Shown here piece after piece: positions 38,101 through 50,745 of a stretch of 64,000 bases of DNA (positions are counted from its first letter, which is position 1; every line of letters starts with the position of its first letter). This DNA is from Raillietiella orientalis. Taxonomy: Eukaryota. Below the pieces are notes generated by a model. It was not told the origin of the DNA. It ran no database searches and saw only the letters and a program-made list of their open reading frames with translations. Both the position numbers and the translations under genes were made by a program. Where the stretch lies: contig JAYWIR010000005.1 of NCBI GenBank assembly GCA_036172245.1, positions 2,728,001 through 2,792,000 of the forward strand. Direction: 5' to 3'.

Positions 38101-41100
38101 TTGGAATTAGGATGTCCTTCGCGTTCGCTGTTGAAGAATATCATCAGCATAGCAAATGATGCAGCAGAAAGCTTATTTCCAGATCCATTTTTCTACGTTA
38201 GCGCATGCTATCAAATCCTTATGAACCTTATGATCCTTACAAGCGGGTCCTTTCCGGGTTCCCTTCGGAGAAGTTGAAATGGATGTCCCTCCGGAGAGAA
38301 TGAGGGAGGAGATTCCCTTCGTGGTTCCCCTTCGGAGACAACTAGGGTGGAGGTGCAGTCCCCCGTCCGGGGGGGGGATCCCTCCCCCAAGCGTGAGAGG
38401 AACAGACTCTGAGCCCTTCCTGGATTCTTTGTAAATGAATGAGCCATTGTAGCGTGATTGAGGATAAATAAACTCACCCCACCCCTTGTGGGACTAGGAG
38501 AAACTCAAATCCTTATGAACGATCCCATCTAGGAGCATCATTATGATAACTCATCCAGTGGCACCTTTGAGAAAATCTCTTTCAAGTTTTCTTGTGATGC
38601 TTTTATTCTAGAAGGATTCTGTTGCCATAGAATCCTACTTCAGAGGACTCTACGTAACGACAACATCGAGTTTTAAGAGTTTGGGAACTTAGAAAGTTCG
38701 TTGGAGCAATCCGAGGTTCTACAGAAATCTTCGGATGCGTTTCCACGTGCTCAGAGGTCACTCGCTCATACTTCTTGTATAACTGTCCCGTACTTCTCGT
38801 ATATTCACCCATATTTCTTTCAAATAAATATTTGTTGTTTATCACCGGGTGCGCCGGGGAGTTTATTAAAAACTATCCGGGAACAGAGTTCCTGGACAAA
38901 GGAAAAACAAGAGACGAAGGGGGTGGGATCCCCGACACGCAGGTCGGTATGCCAAAAGTCCGGAATGGGAGGGAGGGGACCACAAATACACTCCCATAAA
39001 AAATAAAAATAAAAATATGGAGGGCAGGGGACAGGGGTCTTAAATATTTGTTGTAGGAATGGTCTCGTGCCTCATTTGCAAGCAACATCTTCCCACAAAG
39101 CCTCCACCTTTTGCTAAGCCTCTCCGCGACCTGGAAACAAAGGGCTGTATCTCTTTCTGACATAAGTCTTCTAAGGTCTGTTAGAATTTCCGCATCATCA
39201 ATTCTCTAGCAACGTACGCGTCATTCAAAACTCTCGCCAACGATTGGCATTCTTCGCTGGACCGAACTGCTGAAAGCTTACGGATAGGGCAACAACGTCC
39301 AGCTCAGTTTTCTGATAGCATTTCTTGATCACAAACTCGACACGTGGATCTCCATGGATTTCATCGGTGGGTTGCACTCTGTCGGTCAAGGAAGCAAAGC
39401 ATGAGCGGCCGCAGAGTAGCGGATCATCCAAACTGATCCCCCTTTTTTCTAGACAACAGTATAACTGTTCTCTTATCCGGATATTCAGTTTCCCCTTAAT
39501 TTTCATCAGACGTCTGGAAACATCCCTAATTGTTTCTTCTTACATCAGTTAGGAGCTTCAGCCGTTAGGAATTCGGTGAGCTCTTCGCTATCAGGCGCCA
39601 TTTCGAACCGTGGTCGCACTGATGGCATTTGCAAGAACCTGAAGTACCTAAGAAGAAGATTTTTCAAGACGAAGTACACAGGATTCCAGCTTCTTACGAC
39701 GAGTTTGGCAAAATATAGGAAAAAAATATATATTGAGAGCACTTATAGAGTGACCCCAGAAGTCATGAAAGAATTCTCTCTAGACTTGATACAGAGAATG
39801 CTTGGATCTGAAATTGGTGTGCAGAGCATTTGAAAGAAGTCTTTCCAGGAGTTTCCAAGGACGTCGATGTTAAGTGCGCTCTGCTGGTACATTTCGTGAG
39901 GACTGGATCCGGCGAGCATTCAAACGGGAGCAACGGTTTCACTGAAAACGTACTGTTTTGTAGTGTCACGCTTCTCAGTGTGGTTTCTTTCTCAGCGTGC
40001 ATTCTTAAACGGGAGCCAAAATGCTGACGCGGAGGAGTTTTGGTGGTTTGTTCGCGTGACCCGATTTGCACCGGGCACAGTTCGCCTTGTCCTTAGGAAA
40101 GAGCGCACTGCTGAGGGAAACGGAGGACTTCTGCTTTGTTATCCTTCTTCCTTGGCCAAACCGCCCACCGGGAGACCATGATCTGTTGAGATGCTTGACA
40201 CTCGCACCACATCAACCGTTGGCTCAACCCTTTCAGCGCAACCATTCATCCAAGCCACGGGAAACCAAAAGATTCCTAAACCTCTATCGGAGCTTCTCCC
40301 GGAAGCAAAAATGCCGAACGGAACTGTTGAGTGGATAAAGCAGCAGCGTGAAACAGATTTCTCAGCGCCCCTTGAAGCATTCTTCGAGGACAAGAAATAT
40401 TCGAAACAATTCAAGGAAAAAACAAAGCAGAAAATTCCAAAGGATCGAGTCTCAACTCAGTCAAACAACTGGTTCGAGAAACTCGTCTTCCTTGGATCCT
40501 CAGTGAATGCTGTGGAAGTCGATAAAGGAAAGATGCAGGAATGCTGATTCTTTTCTTTTTGGCGAGATCAAGACCTGCAAAATTGCCAGCTAGGAAAGAC
40601 AAAATCCCATGCATTCAGCGGCAAAAGGGTGTTGGGTGGACACGAAATGGTTGCGTGGAAAAATCAATATACCAACTGACCACTGCCACATTCGGATCGA
40701 TTGCCGAAGGTAAGAAATTTCCCTTTTTGGCTACTTAAGTAATCGCTGTTGCCATAGCACTGTGCCGATCAAAATCCTGAATGCTAAAATTTTGAAAGAT
40801 ATTAAAAAATATGCATATCTATTATGTATGTTTTATTTTTTCCACTACTTTTAAACTGTCACCATTGTTCTTTTTAATTCGATATTTATATTTTCATTTA
40901 ATATATATTTATGATATATATATTTACTTTTTTGTGATACTTGATATATATTAATGCATATTGATTATAACCATGACATGCGAGCTGATAAATATTAATA
41001 AATATGTATGTGAAGATGAATTTGTATGTTAATGTATACACAAATACATATATTAATATACATACTAAGTACATATATATATATATATCCTTCTAGTCTT

Positions 41101-44100
41101 TATGATATACTTCAATCTATGTAAAAGTAGGGCTAATAATATCTTTACATATATGTTAAAATGTATATGCTTATTATTTATGATGAATACACATATTTAT
41201 TCATTGTGGTCTTTCGAGATTTCGGCGTTCAGGATTTTGATCTGACTCGCCACAGCATCGTGTCGTTTCTGGGATGTCTTTGAGAGGGGTCGTTTGCATG
41301 ACTGCCACTGCCCGCTTTCTCTATGCAACACACGAGCAGTCGTGTAACACATCATCTGGACGAGGTTCCATCTCTCCTTCCGACTTCGTTGAAATCTGTT
41401 CATCAAAACGTGGTTACATGGCGAGTACATAGAGAAACACTCCATCTGGTGTTTCTTACCCAGGTCGGTTCTAATTCATTTCGATTCCAAAAATAGGCTT
41501 TTTTCCAAAAACCAAAAAGCAAAAAAAAACAAAGGCTGAAAGCTTTGATGAACCAATAGGAAAAGTTTGTTTCATTCCCGATCAATTTCCCTGAGATATT
41601 ACTCAATATAAATCGAAAAACTCAACACTCTTAGCATTCTGTGGCTGACGCTCATCCCTAACACCAAACTACCGTTAATCAACCCACAGTGAGAAGGTCA
41701 ACACACCCAATCCGAGAATCTGAAAGCAGATGCTATACTCTGGAATGATGACGAGAAGGTCTTTTTTCTGACCAGATCCTGACTTGGACAGCCATCCTGA
41801 CTTGTAGCAAACGATCTGAAGTTGATCCTGAGCATTTCTACGAAACCAGAAATCAAAACCCTGGATGCTCCACCTACAGAGGATGCGAGGAGAGATGGCT
41901 TTTCACCTAGGTGGCAAAAATGACTCATCATCACGAGTTGCGAGTCTCTTCCTGGGCTCATGCTGAAAACTGGCTCATCCTGAAATGATCCCAATGCCTG
42001 ATGTCTCAGCTCAGCGAAAGAGGCTGTTTTCATCCTTTTTCGACGGAAGGCTTTTTAAAGTTCGCAACGTTCCCCTCCCCCCCCCAAACTCGAGATTTTT
42101 TCTTTTCCACCTTTCCTACTCTTCCAGCATGCGGCGTCGCAGTTTTGCACGGAAATTCCAGTGTGCGGGGTGGCATTCCCTGCATACAAAAGGGGGCTCC
42201 CTTTTTCACCACACTGGCCGCTTCTTGGTCAGGTGGTTGTGGAAGAAGTTCACGCACACGAGCACCGATGCTGTCTGCTGGCCGATATTTCGCCGTCGAG
42301 CCTCCTCTTCGGAAAGATCACCTTGCCAGGCTGTACGAAGTAGATGGAAAAGCCGTTCCCCGGGTGACGATGCTTGCCGAGATACGGTGATCATCAGAGC
42401 TCCGAAGGGAAGTTTCCGCGTTCCTTTGGAAGCAGCCTCCCTGAGCAAGCGCCGGCATACATCCCCCCCCGTCCAGTGTCACCGTTTTCTTCAGAAAATG
42501 ACCATCGTCCGAGGGTAAGCATGGATTGAAAGCGTTTGGTGGCTTTCGTTTCCGCAAATAAGATATCTCGATACCCGCCGTCTGGGCGTCACGTTGCATC
42601 GGAAAAGATTGATTGTCCGATCTCTGTTGCGAAAAAGTCGTTCCGCGCATGTTGCTTTTGGTGAATCATCTGAGCAAGATCGTCTACAAAAAAAAAAAAA
42701 TCCTCCAATGACGAAGCACATAAAAGATGTGTGCCGACATTCATGAAGTCATTTGTCATTTCAAAGTTCCAATGCTCTTATCATTATTGGAACGAGGGCA
42801 TGTTTTCCCCTCCAAGTATTCGCGTGCTTTCCTCGGTGAGAACGCGAGATGCTTGAGGACTCGCTGCTGAAGGGTTGACAACTGGCCCACGCAACCGAGA
42901 TCATCAACTCCGAGTCATTGGTTGGTTCGCACGCTGATCTGTGGGTAGGCGACAAATGATTTGTTTTCCCTTGACGCCAGCAGAGCATCAGCGTTACACT
43001 CACGTGGCAGACCTTCACGAGCTTGTCGATTTCGATTTTCTGCAAAAAATGACTTTCCAGAAGCGTTGCCTTTCCACGGTCCCGCGTCAACATCGAGCAG
43101 CTGCTGTAAGACGAGGGAAACACGAATGTGACGCAGTGATTCTATCTCGGTTCCTGGATAGGCGAGCCCATTTTCGAATGCCGCCCTTGCCCAGGTGTCG
43201 TAACTTCGTCGGCCAAACGATACCATCCTTTCCATTTTTTCTTCACCTTGACAGCATTGGCACCGCTGCTTCAAGAGCTCTCTTGCTGCTAATGCTCCAA
43301 ATTCATGCTGTTCTTAGGCAGTCTTTCCCGTGTTTTTTTTTTTTTCTTTTTGCCATGACATACAAACCAGAAAGCAGACCGATGCCCAGTCGCGGAGCCG
43401 ACCTCACAGTGGTAATAACTTGAATGCGTGAGTCACACGCGCCGTAATTGCTGAACGTCTGGCTTAATTGCAATTATCTGAAAGGCCCTCACAAATGCTC
43501 TCTTCCTTTTCGAGTCGTGTCTTGGCTTCCTGCAACCTCTCGATTTCCACACCTTCCGACTGTGTGCTGCCTGTGCTGCTTCAGGAAATTGCTGTCGCTA
43601 AAAAATCCAGCCGCTTCTTTGTCTGGAGGCAGGCCAAACGCTCAAAAGTTGCACACACCACGCTGCCATCGCCCTTCCGGGAACTGTCTTTGCGCGAAAG
43701 AACGCATTCGCTGGTCAGCAAATGTTTGGAGAGACGTGCCACACGTGGCTGCAGCATTTCTTTGGAACATTCCGATTCCTGGCATTTCCTTACGCCGACG
43801 GGCTGCTTGTGGAGTACCGAAGGAGGCGCTGCAGCCCTCTGGTAACCGGGAGGAAAAAAAAAAAAAAAAAAAAAGAGGAGAAAAGAAAAAGGCCAAGTTG
43901 GCAATTCTCGACTCGTGTGCATCCGTGGTACAGGTATCCCTCGAAGTATTTCGTTTCTCCTCCACGTCATCAACAAACTGCTAACGAGTTTCTCGTGCAC
44001 GCTGGAGTTCTCATTTCTTGCGTCGTCATGTCGACGGGAATTGCAGCGTTGCCGCCTCCTGCCCGTCTGCAACGCAGCAGAACGAGGTTCAGCGTGGCTG

Positions 44101-47100
44101 CGCCGGAGAGCATCGGTACCTTCGGACGGCTGCGGGATTTCTCACGTGAGAGGGCGAGAATTTGCCACCCCTCCGCCACGCTGCTGCCGCGAATGCTACT
44201 AACAATAAAGATGAGTCACTTTTAAGAAAAAACTGAGGCTGAAGACAGATGAACATCGTGAAGTGATGGGATTTCCATTTTTCGGGACGGCTGCGGACGA
44301 ATCCAAGGATCAGATCGTTCCACAAAATTCGAGCCAGAGGGAGTAGGGGAGCAAAGCCGTCGTCGAACTGATTTTTCCCCGAACAGAGGGCATCAGTGCC
44401 GAGATGCAGCCCGCGTTGGCAGCCGTGCGGCTACACGGTCTCCGCGAGTGGGACCACGCGTTGCGGGTTCGAATCCCCACGCCGAGAGAAGCGCGCGTAG
44501 TGGGTTACGAGTTCCTTTTGCAGGATGGAGCTGGCTGGCCTACAGGCTTCGGGTGCGGCACTGGTTGACACCCGGTCACGCCGGGGCATTTATTTATAAA
44601 ATAAACACACACGTCTGTCGCAGGACGTTTGATCCTGCCACGTTACTTATAATTCCGAGAAGGAACGTTCCGGGAACTGGCACGCAGGCCAGCGGGGTTT
44701 CAAGAATCCCTATGGAGCTATTTTGACGCTGTCCTCATGAAGAGGACAGCAAAATAGATGACGTCCCTATCGTTCTGGCCTCCTCTGGAGTTGCTCTCAC
44801 GATCTCGCCGCGTTGGCAGCAAAGTGCTGCTAGGGATGCGGCCGGGGTGAGGGCGTCTCGCAGGAAAACGAGCATTAACACGTCTCTGGTGTTGCCTCCG
44901 GGGGTTCCAAGGGTCGCAGTGGAGCGTCCTCAAAAGAGTCAAAGGGAAACGCAATCCACTAGGAGGTGAGGAAGGAATTCTCGCTCCCCGCACCTTGCAC
45001 AGTTCAGGTCCACTCCCTTCTCCTGTGTCCAGTATGCAGGTGGGCGTTGCACGGGAGGCCCCAGTGCAGCAGCATCAACGCCGACTTCTTCCAATTCAAG
45101 GGGAGGGTGCGTGGATTCATGAGCACCTGCAGGCTGCCACTGCAGTTCTTCCTCGGAAATACCCAGTAGCACGCCCCAGCGCAAACATCCACGAAGTCGA
45201 GCAAGCGGGGTAACAGCGACGGTGAGCTGGCCCGTCGTCCACTCGCCCAGTCCCCTTCTCCTTCCGAAGATTTCCACCGCAACTTCCCATCTAGCGATAA
45301 GGCTGCTGCCCAAGTGTTCCCTAAGGGAGGGCAGCGTGGCTGCGAGGGAGGTTCTGCTTGCCCATGCACTCTTCATGGGTGCGGCACCGGTGGAGACCGG
45401 AAACCGGATGCCCCTTCTGACTGACCAGGATTGAAAGTTGACCTTCTGGGGCTCTTCTGGGAATCAAAGAGCCCTTCGAGGCCCTTCCGGTTGGAGCCGC
45501 ATAATGGAGCTGGTTGATGCTCCCCTCGCAGGGCTACCCTTTCGGAATGTTAAGAAGAGCGCTGTTCCTTGCGTGGAACGCTCTTCAGAGAAATCGGGAA
45601 TCGTTCCTTCGGCGTTCTCTTCAGGGGTGGAGAAAACCAGGAGCGGATCCTTTCCGGATTCTCTTTAGAGAAGAAACAAAGAGCGTTCCACACAAACCTG
45701 GGGGGTGGTCTCTCCAGAGAGCATGAGGAAGAGGTTCCCTCCGGAGACAACCAGAGCGCGGGTTTTTTTCGAGGTTCTTTTCCAAGAATAAGAGAGGAAT
45801 CAAGAACTCAAACTCCTCCAGATTTATGCTTCCTGAATTCACAAGGTGGTCCCTTCAGAGTTTATCCCTAACCTGAAGAATCAAACGCACCCTCGGGTGG
45901 CGTGGTCCGTGTTTAAAGAGCTTTGAGAGTCATCCCGTAGGAGGTAGGTGGTTCTTCAGCACTCCTTGGGAACCAAAAAAGCTGAAAAAAAAGCTGGAAG
46001 GAAAGTAGAGAAAATAGAAGAACCCCAGACGGTTTCCATCATCTTTTTGAAACCGAAGGAATGAATTCATTCTTCGGAGGCTGAAGATGCTTACCATCAT
46101 GAAATACAAAATGTAGCCGCAACCGAGCTGAAGCAGATACACTCATGGACCAATGATCAGGCGGGAAAGCGCCAGTCCTTAAGCAAGGCTTGGCTTTGAC
46201 TGAAGGAGGAAGCACTTCCGTAGAAAAAGAGGGAGATCGAATGCCTGAGACGTTCGCGGTAGTCTTGGAAGACTCTTTCCTAAGCAATCTCCAGAAAGAA
46301 GACAACTCTGCCACCCTCAAAAATTAGCTCTAGGAACCGCCAAGGCATTCCGCAGCCTGAGGATGCTTCTCGTCTCAAGCTCTGCAGCTTGAAAGGGTTA
46401 TCATGGAGGGCGAAAATTCCTTCTCTTAGCATTGGAAAAGAATGGCCAGCAGACTCGGTTCCAAAAAGCGAAGGAAGAGGGGGTCTGGTTCGGAGTCAGC
46501 AAAACGCGTTTCCCCCCCTCCCCCGCTTCAGATGCGTTAGGAGCCTAAGGCTAAAGCTCGTCTTTCGTCTTTGCAACGATCCTCTCTAGGCCGGAGGATG
46601 AGAAGAGACAGACTGCATTTGGATGGGGAGCAAAAAAACACTGGCGATGTCGGTCATATTCCACCTTTTGAATAGGCTCAGCCGCTGGTTGCTGTTGCGT
46701 GTTGGCACTGACAGCCAACAGCAAACCACAAAGGGAAACCTCCTGATGTCTTAGGGAGCTTTTTCTTTGAACCAGTGTCGAAAGAACCTCAGCTGGGAGA
46801 CCTGTCTGCAGACACCCGTGTCGGTTACTTTTCTCCTAAGCGGCTCATTGACGCAGATCCAGGCCAAAACAAAGAAAGGAGTAAAAGTGAGCGCGAGTTC
46901 ATGGCACACGAACTCCCCGAGACATTTTCCAACCTCACCAAACAGCACAAGGAAATAACAATGAAGAGAAGGAGAAATCCGGAGGTCGTCTGAGTGCCGA
47001 GCAAGTGACAGATGATCTCTCCGAGTTCTGGGAAGAGTCTGAAGAAAAGCGTTCGTCTGAATTCAGTTTGGTATGGCTTCATCAATGAATCCACCTTCAG

Positions 47101-49320
47101 CGGCCAATAATGTTACGAAGCCCGTAGCTAGGGCAACAGCTTCCAGAGAAAGAAGAAATGGAGCATAGGATCAAAAGATTCTTGAAATCTCTTTGTCCAC
47201 CTCCGCACAAAGCTCCAGAGGTTGAGCAAGACGAACAAGCCTTTTGGGCGAGAAAGACTTGGGCCTTTCCCATCCCAGCGTATCGACTTGCAACGAGCTC
47301 TCTTCGAAGGATTTTCGAAAGTCCCCTCTTTCACTTGTGAGAAAATAAAAGCCTTTAGAGATGCTCAGAGACGACGATAGCGGAGAATGGGTTCGTTTGC
47401 TCCATCGAGCTGGACCGTCTTATCAGTCGGACCACTAGTTTATTTTATTTTTATTTTTTTAAAAAAAAGCAACATGGAAACGTGCTGAAATGAAAAAACA
47501 GAAACAAAAAGAAATATGTTGCTGTCATAAAGAGATATGTTAAGAAAGAAGAAGTGAAAGCAGAATCTCGAAATTGAGTTGCTGTTCATCCATGGACTTC
47601 CTCCTGGGAGAAACTCCTACCTCAAAGATTCAGGGAAGAATCAACTCCTTGGATAACCTGGAGCATGTGAGGCTTGCCTGCAGGGGTTGACACGAGACCT
47701 GAAACAAGAGATCCAGGGATTCATTTTTCGTTCTCCAAGTGCCATGCTTGACGTTTGCTTCTCCAGCGAAGAGGCGATACCTTCCGCGTGTGTCAGCTCT
47801 ACCACTAAGCTCATTCCATCAGCATTCGCTCACTCCGGTGGCACCACTGCCGGAAGAGGAGACCTTGCTTGAATTAAATTCAGTGCCTTGAAACTTCGAC
47901 CACAGCATCACTTCCAAGTACGATGTGGCAGTGCGGGGGGAAGACGTGAGTTCTCAAAAGGTGCACTGTGGTTCCGTGGAACGCATTCACATCGCAACAC
48001 TGGAAGAAACTGCCTTATTTCACTTTAAGTTGTTCGGCCTTCGTAAAGTATCTGGGCAAAGGGAATTTTCGGGCACACCCGTGCCAGAGGAGCCAGTAAA
48101 TCTCGTTGCCATGGGTGGCGGGTGCTGCCACGAAGATTCCTTCAAGAGCACCTTTTTCCGAATCTTCTGAACCCAAAATAGATGTACGAAAGCCCACTGC
48201 AAGAGATCTTACAGACTCACCAGACTCAGGGAATTTCTCCGCTGCAGATCTTCGTCTAGAGACGACAGTTTTGTAAGCTGGCACAGCTGCTTGCTAACCG
48301 GAACTGTCCGGAGACAATTCGTGGGACCGCGACTCTTCCATAACGGAAGGTGACCCACAAAAAGTACATTTCAAGAATGACTTCTAAGTTTTTCGGAGGT
48401 CCTCATTGAAGAATATCCCTCCATAACAATGAGAAAGTAAAGAAGGAGATTCAAGTTTTGGAGTGTTGGATGAACTTTGAGAATCAACACCAAGGATTCT
48501 TTCTCACAGCCGTCTTCCTTCCTCGCGCGTTCGGAATTTTCAACCTGAATTTACAATCCGTGGAGACCGACGAAGTCTGAGGAAAGCGAAACTTGCGACT
48601 GCTTCCACTGCCCTATTAGCAAACGTCTCCAAGCAAGCTTGAAGTCCATTAAAAGGTAAAGAAGAATTCTCGAGGGCATCCTTCTTATCAGGAGTGCGCA
48701 GAACTGCTTCCAGCATGAGAATCGCGGACATTCAAATATCACTTTTCGAAACGTCACGTGATATGAAGCACTTGGAGTCAAAGAAGCGTGCAGAAGGGGA
48801 CCTCACCTCGTGACCATGCGCAGCCACAGCGCAGTTTCATCTCAGAATGAGAGTTTGCATTGCGCGTTCTCAGAAGTGAATTTAAATATTTGTCTCTTCA
48901 CTTGTAGAAAAATCAAAGCTGCGTCATCTTCTAATCGGCCATTTTCGATGTAATGAACCCCTTCCCTCTAGCAACTCACGTCTCCTCACCACAGGGGTCT
49001 CATGAAGATTCACCGACTTTTCAAATTTCTCAAATCAGCTTACCGTTCTATCTTACATTATACTGAAGCTCTCCCTCATCCACTGTAAGGGGCAGTGGGA
49101 ACTGAAAACAGACCTTCCTAAGAGTCAGAGAAAGCTCTTTCCGGGGTACCCTCCCTCGTAGTTCTCCAGAAGTGAATTTTCGAGCTGGAAGCTGATCCTT
49201 TTCAGTCTCCCCTCAGCAAGGCCGCCTCCCTCAAAGGGAGGACCGCGCCTAGAAGCTTTCGGCACCAGCCGTCTGTCCTCTCTGACACGGCCGGACTGCG
49301 TTTCCTAGCACCTGCGGGCT
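32200..49320 (-). CDS. Multi-exon spectrin-repeat region (exon boundaries unresolved, many frame breaks)
   Basis: Recurrent helix/Trp fragments typical of spectrin repeats: VDSLMKPYQTEFRR (~47070), RVAELSSFWRLL (~46300), LREHLGSSLIARWEVAVEIFGRRR (~45300), LLDFVDVCAGACYWV (~45190), VAEGWQILALSREKSRSR (~44150), GKATLLESHFLQKIEIDKLV (~43050), KRHDAVASQI (~41250), QKVEALWEDV (~39100), LGSKFEKLLTAVSSW (~32300). Confidence 0.55.
32569..33270 (-). mobile_element. Putative full-length tRNA-derived SINE (~700 bp)
   Basis: Minus-strand head CCCGCGTTGACAGCCCTGTGG with B box GGTTCGAGTCC (33208-33218), a body with repeated CCCTYCGGA motifs, and an A-tail (T-run at 32569-32576). It aligns by eye with 44410-44575 and 45377-45985. 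Confidence 0.7.
38240..38430 (+). mobile_element. Internal fragment of the same SINE family
   Basis: TTCCCCTTCGGAGACAACTAG vs TTCCCTCCGGAGACAACCAG (45735); CCTTCCTGGATTC matches the reverse complement of 32716-32728. Confidence 0.55.
40780..41200. repeat. AT-rich low-complexity (TA)-derived island
   Basis: Abrupt, very AT-rich stretch with TATATA runs in otherwise mid/high-GC sequence. Confidence 0.85.
44410..44575 (+). mobile_element. 5' head of the same SINE family
   Basis: CCCGCGTTGGCAGCCGTGCGG (A-box-like) and perfect B box GGTTCGAATCC at 44466-44476; homologous to the reverse complement of 33140-33270. Confidence 0.7.
45377..45985 (+). mobile_element. 5'-truncated body and tail of the same SINE family
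   Basis: Reverse complement matches 32573-33150 (shared GGTTCCCAAGGAG, CAAAGCTCTTT, GCCACCCGAGGGTGC, AGGGACCACC); ends in A-runs. Confidence 0.75.
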
Positions 49321-49499
49321 GGAAGAAGAGCAAGGAGCGGAGCATTTCAAGAGCGATTTCTCCCAAGCGCAGTCGAAGACAGCGAAGTGAACACTTGCTT
49401 GTGAGTACACAGAGGCAAAGGAAAAGTGGATGATAAACAAACGAATTTAGAATGGATGATGATAAATGCATGACAAATCAGTAAACCACCTTACAAGTA

Positions 49500-50069
49500 A
49501 GTGGGATGACCACGTCCAAGACCTTTGAGTGGAGACTTTCATGAAGATTAGAAATGTTCATGAAAGCAAAGAAGACAAGGAAGCAAAGAACGGGATAGCA
49601 TTTTGTGATGACAGTCCAAAAAAAGAAAGGTGTCCTCTACAAATTCAGGAAGGAAGAGATTTAAGAGAAGCTGGGACATCTAAAAAGGGAAAAAAAAGAG
49701 CGATTGTTTATGGATCCGTGGATGGAAGGTGCTGCGACAGACAAACGGCAAAAACCATCCAGCGTCTATTCCGTGCCAAGCCTGGAATGCGTGGATGCTG
49801 GAAAAAGCTGGGAGGCATTTCCGAAGTCGGAGCAGTTCCAGGCTGGCAATCGCTGAAAATAAGCGAAAGGGAAGCAAGAACCACGAACTCGCTTCCGCGT
49901 TGAGGACCATTACTTCTACCTGGCTCGTGTCGAGGGAGGGGTTCAGAGAGTGCGGAGATGGTCGAGAGTGCTCGCGTGATGCTTCCCAAGCGAGTTTGAT
50001 CATCACATACCCGGCGAAAAACAGGCAAATCGTGGAAAAGGAGCGCTGCTGGAATGTTTCCGTCCGCAG
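49500..50069 (-). CDS. Possible Sec14/CRAL-TRIO-like segment as in DBS/MCF2L-type GEFs (several exons, frameshifted)
   Basis: Exon 50011-50069 (TAG acceptor, GTATGT donor) gives ADGNIPAALLFHDLPVFRR. Later fragments AFSSIHAFQAWHGIDAGWFL and FMNISNLHESLHSKVL follow in the order of the DBS Sec14 domain as I recall it. Confidence 0.3.
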
Positions 50070-50469
50070 CTAGCAAATTCTGTTTCTGTGTGTGCGTGTG
50101 TGTGTGAGTGAGTGTGTGGAAGGTGGGATTCGAGTAGAGATGGTACCGATCATACACTTTTATGTGGGAGCGCAGAGCTTTAATTCGATGCAGGAGGGCA
50201 GTAAAAATTTGCACGGGGACCTAATACAGACACGGATGTTGAGAGGGAATATTATGAGGAAAAAACCCGAAACAGGAACCAGAAAGGAAGTCAAAAGTAA
50301 TTCTGTTGCTCGGGAAACGGTTTCCCGGTTTGTGGCGATTATGGTGATCATGAAAGCAACACGCTTCCAAGGATCGGGTGAAATTACATCTGCGAGCATC
50401 ATTGCTCCCAAAGCGAGATCCCGATATGCACATCAAAGGGAATAGACATCGTGTTTCCTCGGAGCCGAC

Positions 50470-50745
50470 TGCAGCAGCTTCCGTTATTTCCCAGACGATT
50501 GCGACAGTGCCGAGGGACGTCAGGAAGGATAGGGAAGAACGGCATATCAAGTCGGAAATAGTCAGCTGGTGCTCATCCTCAGGGAATGTCCGGATGTGGC
50601 CATGGTAGGGATGAAGGCAATGATGGCGCGCTGCGAATGCTTACAAAGGCGTCCCCCGTCACTGCAGGACTCCCCGCAGAGTCCTGCAGTGACCAAAAAG
50701 CTGATGGAATTCCCGACTTGGCAGTTCAAGGTGCGTTCTGCTAAT
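50470..50745 (-). CDS. Probable degenerate second Ig-like domain (frameshifted)
   Basis: Fragments in different frames but in Ig order: NCQVGNSISFLVT, EDEHQLTISDL, CRNRLG. By-eye match only. Confidence 0.3.

Noticed and set aside
39060..39130. Stop-codon reassignment suggested by EA*QKVEALWEDVACK*
   Set aside because: The 2232-codon ORF needs no reassigned stops and most breaks are frameshifts, which recoding would not fix.
44409..44485. Functional tRNA gene
   Set aside because: Has A/B boxes but no convincing acceptor stem or cloverleaf, and continues into sequence shared with a dispersed repeat, so a SINE head fits better.
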